Below, piece by piece: positions 29,274 through 37,007 of a stretch of DNA of 57,896 bases (the first letter of the stretch is position 1; every line of letters starts with the position of its first letter). Below the pieces are notes generated by a model, which was given only the letters and a program-made list of their open reading frames with translations, was not told the DNA's origin and ran no database searches. This DNA comes from an uncultured Terricaulis sp. (GTDB lineage Bacteria; Pseudomonadota; Alphaproteobacteria; Caulobacterales; Aquidulcibacteraceae), in the NCBI GenBank assembly GCA_964446305.1, contig CAYUOC010000001.1, forward strand, positions 1,502 to 59,397, read 5' to 3'. The position numbers were made by a program, and so were the translations under genes.

Positions 29274-30170
29274 TCAGCCGGCTTTGCGGCGCTTGGCGCT
29301 CGCCGCCTTGGGTCGGCGGGATTGTTCCTGTTGCGAGACCTCGAAGGCGTAGGAAATCACCAAAGCTTGCGCGAGGCACATCGTGGCCGCCAGTGAGCGG
29401 AACTTTCGGATTTCGGCTTCCTTCACCTGCAAAGCCAGAGTCGCGGGCTTGGCCGTCGGGCTGACGAGTGAGTCGCTGATCGAAAGCACCTTGGCTTCGT
29501 GGGTAAGCGCGGTCTGCACCGCCTGCACCGTTTCTTCGGCGTAGGGGTGGAAGCTGATGTCGATGAGCAAGTCATCGGGGCCGATCGTCTGGATTTGCTG
29601 ACGGGTCATGCCGCCGACGCCATCGACGAAAACCGTGCGCTTGTTGAGCTGCTGGAGCGAGTACGCGAGATAGGACGACACCGGCAAAGAGCGCCGGAAA
29701 CCCACAACATAAACGGTTTCCGCCTCGGTGATGAGATCAACAGCGCGGCGCAGATCCTCTGCTTTGACAAGCTCGCGCAAGTTATTCATCGCCAGCACGT
29801 TGCCTTCGACGAACTCGGAAAGGACATCAGCCGGCCTGCCGCCGCTGCGCGATGCGCCGCCCTCGCTGAACTGGCGCACGCGCTCGCTGTAGCCCAGCAC
29901 GGTGCTGCCGGCGATCAGGCCATCGCGGATGACCTTCTGCATTTGGCTGGCGCTCTCGAAACCGATCGCCTTGGCGAAGCGCACGATCGCAGAGGGCTGC
30001 ACGCCCGCCCGCTCACCGATGACGGCGAGCGTTTCGAGCGCCACGGCATTGGGCTCATCGAGCACATAGCGGGCGATTTGCTGGAGGCGCTTGGAGAGAT
30101 CCTCGTAACTATCGAGGATGGCCGCACGCAGCTCCTCGCTGGTCTGCGGCGGGCGGACGGCGCTGGACAT
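29274..30170 (-). CDS. iolR: RpiR/MurR family regulator of inositol catabolism
   Basis: LSKRLQQIARY, GVQPSAIVRFAK HTH, SIS domain G.RRS.PV, SF.PY; embedded among iol genes. Confidence 0.9.
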   Translation of the reverse strand: MSSAVRPPQTSEELRAAILDSYEDLSKRLQQIARYVLDEPNAVALETLAVIGERAGVQPSAIVRFAKAIGFESASQMQKVIRDGLIAGSTVLGYSERVRQFSEGGASRSGGRPADVLSEFVEGNVLAMNNLRELVKAEDLRRAVDLITEAETVYVVGFRRSLPVSSYLAYSLQQLNKRTVFVDGVGGMTRQQIQTIGPDDLLIDISFHPYAEETVQAVQTALTHEAKVLSISDSLVSPTAKPATLALQVKEAEIRKFRSLAATMCLAQALVISYAFEVSQQEQSRRPKAASAKRRKAG

Positions 30171-30198
30171 TATCGCTCCGGTGCGACGGGAAAGTCGC

Positions 30199-30277
30199 AG
30201 AATATATATTCCGTCAGTGGAACGCAATGATCGCCACTGACCAGGGCTTGTCAGGTTCGGAATTTTTGTTCCATAAG
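30199..30277. promoter_or_regulatory. iolR/iolG divergent promoter with IolR boxes
   Basis: AGAA-TATATA-TTCC (30199-30212) and a perfect GGAA-TTTTTG-TTCC (30259-30272) inside TTGTCA-N18-CATAAG. Confidence 0.72.
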
Positions 30278-30350
30278 CGACCACGCTTAAAACACACGTT
30301 TCGCGGGCGCCGATTGACGGCGCGCGGCGGCGGGCGGATGCGGGGCTATC

Positions 30351-31340
30351 ATGTCTCAGAAGATCGATGTCGCCATTATCGGCGCGGGCCGCATGGGCCA
30401 AATCCACGGACCCAACGCGGCCCGCCACCCGGATCTGCGCTTGCGCTATGTGGTCGAGACCGACGCTGCCCTGGGCAAAGCACTGGCGGCTCAGACCGGT
30501 GCGGAGATCGCGACGCTGAACGACGTGCTTGGCGATCCGGCGATCAAGGGCGTGGTGATCGCCAGTTCCACCGATATGCACTTGGAGCACAGCCTGGCGG
30601 TGATCGGCGCAGGCAAGGCGGCGCTCTGCGAGAAGCCGATCGATCTCGACCTGGAGAAGGCCAAGGCGGTGGCGGTCGCGTTCGAAGGCGCGCCCTACAT
30701 TCTCGGCTTCAATCGCCGCTTCGATCCGCATGTGACGGCGTTGCGCGAGAAGATTGCTTCGGGCGCCATTGGCGATCTCGAAACGCTGACGCTGATCAAT
30801 CACGATCCGGCGGCGCCGCCGCCGGCGTTCATCCCGCGCTCGGGCGGGCTGTTCAAGGATTTCACCATCCATGACCTTGATCTGGCCTATTGCCTGCTGG
30901 GCGAACCACCGGTGGAGATTTTCGCGACGGCGAGCTGCCTGGTTGATCCTGAGATTGCACGCCTCGGCGATGTCGATACGGCGCGCGTTATTCTGCGCAC
31001 TGCCTCGAATAAGCTTTGCGTCATCTCCAACACCCGCCGCAGCGGCTACGGCTACGACCAACGTGTGGAGGCCTATGGCTCGCGGGGCATGGCGCTGACG
31101 GGCAACGAGCGCCTGGATAGCGTTGAAGTTTGGAGCGAAGCGGGCGCCCTCGCCTCGCCGATCCGGCCGAATTTCCTCTCGCGCTACATGCCCTCCTATG
31201 CACGCGAAATGGATCACTTTGCCGACGTGCTGGCGGGGCGCGCGGCGCCGCAAGTGGGCTACGCGGAAGGCTTGGCGGCGCTCGCCTGGGCGGAAGCTTG
31301 CGCAGAATCGGCGCGGACGAACAAAGTCGTGAAGGTCTAA
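30351..31340 (+). CDS. iolG: Inositol 2-dehydrogenase-like Gfo/Idh/MocA oxidoreductase, copy 1
   Basis: GAGRMG, CEKPID, GFNRRFDP, SGGLFKDFTIHD, YGYDQRVE. Confidence 0.85.
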   Translation: MSQKIDVAIIGAGRMGQIHGPNAARHPDLRLRYVVETDAALGKALAAQTGAEIATLNDVLGDPAIKGVVIASSTDMHLEHSLAVIGAGKAALCEKPIDLDLEKAKAVAVAFEGAPYILGFNRRFDPHVTALREKIASGAIGDLETLTLINHDPAAPPPAFIPRSGGLFKDFTIHDLDLAYCLLGEPPVEIFATASCLVDPEIARLGDVDTARVILRTASNKLCVISNTRRSGYGYDQRVEAYGSRGMALTGNERLDSVEVWSEAGALASPIRPNFLSRYMPSYAREMDHFADVLAGRAAPQVGYAEGLAALAWAEACAESARTNKVVKV

Positions 31341-31345
31341 GACAC

Positions 31346-32332
31346 ATGCACAAGATTGCCCTTATCGGCGCGGGCCGCATCGGCCGCATTCATGCCGCCA
31401 ACGTCGCCGCGCATCCTGAACTACAGCTCGCCTATGTCGTCGATCCGATGGAAGCGCCGGCGAAGGATGTCGCCGCCAGCTACGGCGCGAAGGTCGCCGA
31501 CCTTGATGGCGCCTTGGGCGACGCGAACGTCGCCGGCGTGATCGTGGCGTCCTCCACAGACACCCACCTCGATTTCAGCCTGCGCGCGGCGCAAGCCGGC
31601 AAGGCGATCTTCTGCGAGAAGCCCATCGATCTCGACCTTGCGCGCGCGGAGGCCAATGCGCCGAAGTTTGAGGCGGCCCGGGCGCGCATGTTTCTGGCGT
31701 TCAACCGGCGGTTCGATCCGAATTTCCGGGCTTTGAAGAAGAAGCTCGACGCAGGCGCCGTGGGCAAACTCGAGACTTTGCACATCACCAGCCACGATCC
31801 CTCGCCGCCGCCGCCCGGCTACGTCGCCGTGAGCGGCGGTCTCTTCAAGGACATGGCGATCCATGATTTCGACATGGCGCGCTGGGTTCTCGGCGAAGAG
31901 CCGAGCGAGGTGTTCGCGGCCGGCGCCTGCCTAGTCGATCCCGAAATCGGCAAGCTCGGCGATATCGATACGGCGAAGACAATCTTGCGCACGCCGTCCG
32001 GCAAAATGTGCGTCATCTCCAACAGCCGCCGCAGCGGCTATGGCTACGACCAGCGCATCGAAGCGTTCGGCTCCGCGGGTGCTTTGCGCGCAGGGAATGT
32101 CACCGAGAGCACCGTGGAAGCCTGGACCGAAGGCGGCGCGCAGGCTGATCAGTTCCAGAACTTCTTCCTCGATCGCTACGCCGCAGCCTACAAGTTTGAG
32201 ATGGCGCACTTCGCCGACATGATCGCGCGCAACGCCGCGCCGGAGATCAGTTATGGCGATGGCGTTGCGGCGCTGGCGCTGGCCACGGCCGCACAAGCCT
32301 CGATGCAGACCGGCGCTCCGGTCCAGCTCTAA
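31346..32332 (+). CDS. iolG: Inositol 2-dehydrogenase, copy 2
   Basis: GAGRIG, CEKPID, FNRRFDP, SGGLFKDMAIHDFD, YGYDQRIE, FFLDRY. Confidence 0.9.
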   Translation: MHKIALIGAGRIGRIHAANVAAHPELQLAYVVDPMEAPAKDVAASYGAKVADLDGALGDANVAGVIVASSTDTHLDFSLRAAQAGKAIFCEKPIDLDLARAEANAPKFEAARARMFLAFNRRFDPNFRALKKKLDAGAVGKLETLHITSHDPSPPPPGYVAVSGGLFKDMAIHDFDMARWVLGEEPSEVFAAGACLVDPEIGKLGDIDTAKTILRTPSGKMCVISNSRRSGYGYDQRIEAFGSAGALRAGNVTESTVEAWTEGGAQADQFQNFFLDRYAAAYKFEMAHFADMIARNAAPEISYGDGVAALALATAAQASMQTGAPVQL

Positions 32333-32336
32333 GCAC

Positions 32337-32365
32337 AAAAAGAAGCGGCCCCTTTCGGGGCCGCT
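32337..32365 (-). terminator. Rho-independent terminator between convergent iolG and TBDR
   Basis: 9-bp stem AGCGGCCCC-TTTC-GGGGCCGCT with a T-rich tail (TTCTTTTT) on the minus strand. Confidence 0.8.
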
Positions 32366-32391
32366 GTAGTGCAGGAAAAATGCTTCGGGCG

Positions 32392-34761
32392 TTAGAACAC
32401 GGCCCGGATCGAGAACAGCACGGTCGGCGAGGAATTCTCGCGTTCCACTTCGAATTCATCGACATCGCCAGCGATTTGGTTGTCGACAATCTCTTGGGCG
32501 GTATCGCCATCGAAGTTGCGCTCGGCCTGGATGCTGTCAGCATCGAGCAGGTTGTTGCCGACGATACGCAGCACAACGTTCTCGCTCAGGCGGTGTTCGA
32601 CGAACACTTCGAGGTTGGCGTCGTACCACTGGCGCTCGACTTCGCCGAGGAACAGCGATTCCGACATGCCCTGCTTGCGATAGCTGAAGCCCACGCTCGA
32701 GTTCCAGCTCGGCAGGTTCTGCGTCACACCGAAATTGTAGACGTACTCCGGTTGCGCGTTGAAGCGCGCGGTGAGGCCGGTCAGCGGCTCGATGCGCTCG
32801 GAGTCGAGGCTCGTATAGTTGGCAAAGAAGCCGGTTTCATTGAGCCCCATGAACGAGAGCGGGGTCGAGATATCGACTTCCCAACCCGACACTTCGCCGT
32901 CGCCAGTGTTCTCGTAGGTGTACTCGAACGCGCCCGGCACGCCGGTGGAAACGCCCGTGTTCACCAGCGAGATCAGATCGCTGACGTCGCGGTGGAAGTA
33001 GTTGAAGCCGACGACGCCGCGCTGGCCGAGACGGTGCTCGTAGCCGATGTCGTAACCCCAGGAGGTCTCTTGCTTGAGGTTCGGATTGCCGAACGTCTCG
33101 TCATCGTCTTCCGGCGAATCCGAATTGGCGAACGGCACAACCTGATCGAGCGTCGGGCGGCGCACGGTGCGTGCGTAGCTGACGCGGAACTGGCCGCCAT
33201 CCCACGGCGTCCACTGGGCGTGGAACGACGGGTTGATCTCGTCGCTTGAGCTGCCGCCCGTGGCGCCGCCTACAATACGCGCTTCGGTTTCGGTGCTTTC
33301 CGAACGCACGCCAAGCTGGACGGTCAGATCTTCGGTGATGCCGAACTCGGCCATGATCCAGGCGTCGAAGCGATCTTCCTCATACTCGAAGAGGCCGCTG
33401 TCGGGCGTGATGTTGTCATCCGGATCGTCGAAGTCGCCGTCGCCGTTATCGTCTTCGAACTCTTGTTGGCTGTAGTCGCGCGTCTTGTTCTTCAAAGCCA
33501 CGCCGACTTCGAACTCGAAGTTCGCGAGGCCGAGGCTTCGCGCGAACGTATCTGAGTTAAAGGTGAGCGCGCCATCGATCGAGAGCTCGGTGTCGTCACT
33601 GTCGATCAGCACCTGCTCCACCGGCTCCGGCGGATCGTCTTCGAAGCTGGTTTCGATGTTGTCTTCGGTAAAGTTGGCGTAGCGCGCCTGGCTTTCGAAG
33701 CTCCAGCTTGGCGAGAGCTGGCCTTCATAGAGTACGGAAAGGCCGTAGCTCATCTGCTCAATGTTTTGGCGCTGAGATTCGATCGTATCGAGCTCCCAGA
33801 CCTCGTCCGACACGTCGTCGTCGGCCGTGGCCACGCCGTCTTCCCGCGCGTAGAGAACGCCGCTTTCCGTCTCTTCCCGCTCAGTGCTGAGCACGAACGC
33901 GTCGAGACGAAGCGTGTGGTTCGGCGCGAGCGCGAAGGTGAGATCGCCGTTGAACGACATATCCGTGCTGTCGCGCGTGTCGATCTGATCCTGGTGCTCA
34001 ATCGCGAGCGTCGACGGGCCCGGAAACGTGAACGCATCCGGCTGGAAAAGATCGGTGCCGTCGTCGCTGGCGCCGAAGCCCGGCGAGGTATCGTCGAACA
34101 ACTGCTGATCCAGCACCTTCACGTTATAGCGTGTTTGATAATCCATCGTCGCCGACCAGGCGACGCGGCGGTCATCCGTGCGCCCCGAGAACGAGAGCGC
34201 GCCGAGACCGTTCAGCTCCTCGTTGTCGATGTCGTAGATGCCGCCAATGCGGGCGATCACGCCTGGCGGAAGGCTCATGCCGTCCTTCAGGATGATGTTG
34301 ATGGTGCCGCCGATGCCTTGGCTATCGATATCAGCGCTTGGCGAACGCACGATCTCGATGCGGTCGATGATTTCGGCCGGGATGCGGTCAACGAACACGG
34401 TGCGATCGTTGCCGGCGCCTGGAATGGCGCGGCCGTTGACGAGCACTTGGGTGAAGCCTTCGCCCAGGCCGCGCATTTGCGGCGCATCACGTTCGCCGAT
34501 ATCGCTCGTAAAGGCGACGCCCGGAACACGCGAGAGCTGGTCACCGACTGAGAGCGGCTCGAACTGCTCGAAGAATTGTTGGTCGTACACCAGTTCCGGC
34601 GCGACCGTGTCGGTGCGATTGCGATACTGGATCTCGCCAGTGATGACGATGTCTTCCAGTGTCTCTTCATCGGCCTGATCCTGCGCCAGCGCGACGCCCG
34701 GAAAAGCCATACAGCACGACATCAGCAGCGTCCGCAGCGCCGCCTTGCGCATCGATTTCAT
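32392..34761 (-). CDS. TonB-dependent receptor (phytase-associated)
   Basis: Signal peptide, DIVITG TonB box, MRGLG...VLVNG, RIEIVRS plug, GNPNLK.E, C-terminal F. Confidence 0.92.
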   Translation of the reverse strand: MKSMRKAALRTLLMSCCMAFPGVALAQDQADEETLEDIVITGEIQYRNRTDTVAPELVYDQQFFEQFEPLSVGDQLSRVPGVAFTSDIGERDAPQMRGLGEGFTQVLVNGRAIPGAGNDRTVFVDRIPAEIIDRIEIVRSPSADIDSQGIGGTINIILKDGMSLPPGVIARIGGIYDIDNEELNGLGALSFSGRTDDRRVAWSATMDYQTRYNVKVLDQQLFDDTSPGFGASDDGTDLFQPDAFTFPGPSTLAIEHQDQIDTRDSTDMSFNGDLTFALAPNHTLRLDAFVLSTEREETESGVLYAREDGVATADDDVSDEVWELDTIESQRQNIEQMSYGLSVLYEGQLSPSWSFESQARYANFTEDNIETSFEDDPPEPVEQVLIDSDDTELSIDGALTFNSDTFARSLGLANFEFEVGVALKNKTRDYSQQEFEDDNGDGDFDDPDDNITPDSGLFEYEEDRFDAWIMAEFGITEDLTVQLGVRSESTETEARIVGGATGGSSSDEINPSFHAQWTPWDGGQFRVSYARTVRRPTLDQVVPFANSDSPEDDDETFGNPNLKQETSWGYDIGYEHRLGQRGVVGFNYFHRDVSDLISLVNTGVSTGVPGAFEYTYENTGDGEVSGWEVDISTPLSFMGLNETGFFANYTSLDSERIEPLTGLTARFNAQPEYVYNFGVTQNLPSWNSSVGFSYRKQGMSESLFLGEVERQWYDANLEVFVEHRLSENVVLRIVGNNLLDADSIQAERNFDGDTAQEIVDNQIAGDVDEFEVERENSSPTVLFSIRAVF

Positions 34762-34826
34762 TCCATCCTCCCCTCGAGGTCCCCTCGCTCCGCAACGGGC
34801 AAGCGCCCGCCAACTACGAGGTTGTC

Positions 34827-34844
34827 ATGACAGATCGATGATAC
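34827..34844 (-). promoter_or_regulatory. Putative Pho box upstream of the TBDR
   Basis: Minus strand GTATCAT-CGAT-CTGTCAT against the consensus CTGTCAT-N4-CTGTCAT; TAGTTG follows 10 bp later. Confidence 0.6.
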
Positions 34845-34887
34845 GAACGAATATTCCATCCTGCAACCATTTTGGAATTTCCCTTGC
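34844..34887. promoter_or_regulatory. Two IolR-like boxes in the TBDR/phytase divergent region
   Basis: CGAA-CGAATA-TTCC (34844-34857) and GGAA-TTTCCC-TTGC (34874-34887). Confidence 0.62.
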
Positions 34888-34979
34888 AGAACGGTTTGGA
34901 GGGTGGCAGCAAGGACACGCGAAATCGTTGCAAAGTGCGGGTAAACCGCCATCCAGAGGCAAAACGAGGGGACGGAAAT

Positions 34980-37007
34980 ATGCGGAAGGCTTGGATTGCA
35001 TGGCTGTTCGCGAGTGCAGCATTGATGGCGTGCAACGCGGGAGGCGACCAGGTCCGCGCCGTTGCGCCTGTTGCTGAGACCACAGCCACAGAGCAGTCCG
35101 ACGCCAATACGGCGCTCGTCATTCCAAATGCTGATGGCGGCCTCGTCGTGGGCTCCAGCGAAAGCGCCGGCATCGAGCTCTATGGGCTGGACGGCGCGCG
35201 CCGCGCGCAAATCGCTGCGGGCGCCACTGTCGGGCTCGACGCCCGCCCCGTTGGCGGCGATCAAACGGGCTGGATCGTCGCCACACTTGATGGCGCCGCC
35301 AATCGTCTTCGCCTGTTCGAGCTCAATGCTGACGCTGCGACCGCGACAGAGCGCACCACGCGTGAAATTCCAATCGGCTTCTCAGGCGAGAGCATTTGCC
35401 TCTATCGCGACGCGCGCGATCAGACGCTTTATGCGTTCGCACTCGGAGGCGCGGGCCAAGTCGCGCAGTACATGATTTCCAGGAGCGCCGATGGTGCCAT
35501 GGATGCGCGCCATGTGCGCGATCTGCGCGTCGCTTCGGAGGCCAGCTATTGCGCGGCGGATGATGCAACAGGCGATCTCTACGTCGCCGAACAAGGCGTC
35601 GGCTTCTGGCGTTTCGACGCCGACCCGGAAGCTGAAGTCGTGCCGGAACTGATCGACGCGGTGCGCCTCGGCAATATCTCGGAAGAAGCCGGCGGCGTTG
35701 CCGTCTATAATGCGGGCGAAGCAAGTTACCTGGTGGCCTCGGACGCTTCCGCCAATCGCTTCCACGTCTACGACCGCAATGACGATCACAAACTGGTCGG
35801 CAGCTTCACGGTGAATGGCGTCGAAGCCGCGGGCGGCCTCAATGCGTCAAGCTTTGGCTACGGCGAAGGCTTTCCGCAGGGCATGCTTGTGGCCATGGAC
35901 GACGAGAACGAGGCCGGCACCAACTACAAGCTGGTGTCATGGGCCGAGATCGCGCAGGCGCTGCGTCTCAACGCCGGCACCCCGCAAGATCCGCGCACGC
36001 CGCCGGAATCCTCGGTCAGGATCGTTCATGCGATCACGGAGACAACGCCGGTCGAAACCGATGGCGATAGCGCCGACGACCCGGCGATCTGGGTCGACCG
36101 CAACAACCCTGCGCGCTCCATCATCATCGGCACGCAGAAGCAATCGGGGCTTTATGTCTACGACCTGCAAGGCAACGTTCTGCAGTTCCTGCCCGATGGG
36201 CGTATGAACAATGTCGACGTGCGTGATGGCTTCCGCCTGGGCGCGCAGACGGTTTCGCTCGTTGCCGCAAGCAACCGCACGACTGACGGCATTTCGATCT
36301 ATCGCGTCGATCCGGCGACGCGCCGGCTCATTGATGTTGCTGACGGCGTGCAAGCCACCGGCTTTGTCGATCCATACGGTCTCTGCATGTATCGCAGCCG
36401 CACCGGCGACACCTACGTCTTCGTCAACGGCGACAGCGGTAACATGCGCCAGTACCGGATCACCGACGCCGGCAACGGCAGCGTGCGCGCCACACAAGTG
36501 CGCGAAATCCCCTTCGGCTCGCAAACCGAAGGCTGCGTCGCGGACGACGAAACCGGCGTGCTCTACGTTGGTGAAGAAGACGTCGGCCTCTGGCGCATCA
36601 GCGCCGAGCCGGACGGCGGCACGACACCGACCTCCATCGCCACCGTGGAAAGCAACGACGCGTTGCACGACGACCTCGAAGGCATCGGCCTCTACGACCT
36701 CGGCGGTGGCCGCGGCTATCTTGTGCTCTCGAGCCAAGGCGACAACACGTTCGCCGTGTTCAGCCGCGAGGGTAACAACGAATATATCGGCTCCTTCTCG
36801 GTGCTGGCCGATCCCGCTCTTGGGATCGACGGCATCTCGGAAACCGATGGTCTGGAAGTGCTAAGCGCCAATCTCGGCGGGCCATACGCTGGCGGGATCT
36901 TCATCGCGCAGGATGGCCGCAACATCGCGCCGCAGGAGTATCAGAACTTCAAGCTGGTGCCCTGGTCGGCCATTGCCGGCGTACTCGAGTTGGAAACGCG
37001 ACGTTAG
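34980..37007 (+). CDS. Dual-domain beta-propeller phytase, lipoprotein
   Basis: LMAC lipobox. C-terminal domain: DSADDPAIW, GRMNNVD, YGLCMY, EGCVADD, DLEG, DGISETDG, QNFK. Degenerate N-terminal copy: ESICLY, CAADD, YVAEQ, NYKLV. Confidence 0.93.
   Translation: MRKAWIAWLFASAALMACNAGGDQVRAVAPVAETTATEQSDANTALVIPNADGGLVVGSSESAGIELYGLDGARRAQIAAGATVGLDARPVGGDQTGWIVATLDGAANRLRLFELNADAATATERTTREIPIGFSGESICLYRDARDQTLYAFALGGAGQVAQYMISRSADGAMDARHVRDLRVASEASYCAADDATGDLYVAEQGVGFWRFDADPEAEVVPELIDAVRLGNISEEAGGVAVYNAGEASYLVASDASANRFHVYDRNDDHKLVGSFTVNGVEAAGGLNASSFGYGEGFPQGMLVAMDDENEAGTNYKLVSWAEIAQALRLNAGTPQDPRTPPESSVRIVHAITETTPVETDGDSADDPAIWVDRNNPARSIIIGTQKQSGLYVYDLQGNVLQFLPDGRMNNVDVRDGFRLGAQTVSLVAASNRTTDGISIYRVDPATRRLIDVADGVQATGFVDPYGLCMYRSRTGDTYVFVNGDSGNMRQYRITDAGNGSVRATQVREIPFGSQTEGCVADDETGVLYVGEEDVGLWRISAEPDGGTTPTSIATVESNDALHDDLEGIGLYDLGGGRGYLVLSSQGDNTFAVFSREGNNEYIGSFSVLADPALGIDGISETDGLEVLSANLGGPYAGGIFIAQDGRNIAPQEYQNFKLVPWSAIAGVLELETRR

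Noticed and set aside
29274-31253. 659-aa ORF apparently fusing a long N-terminus to the RpiR regulator
   Set aside because: The N-terminal part is the antisense shadow of iolG copy 1 and crosses the operator region. The real start is MSSAVR at 30170.
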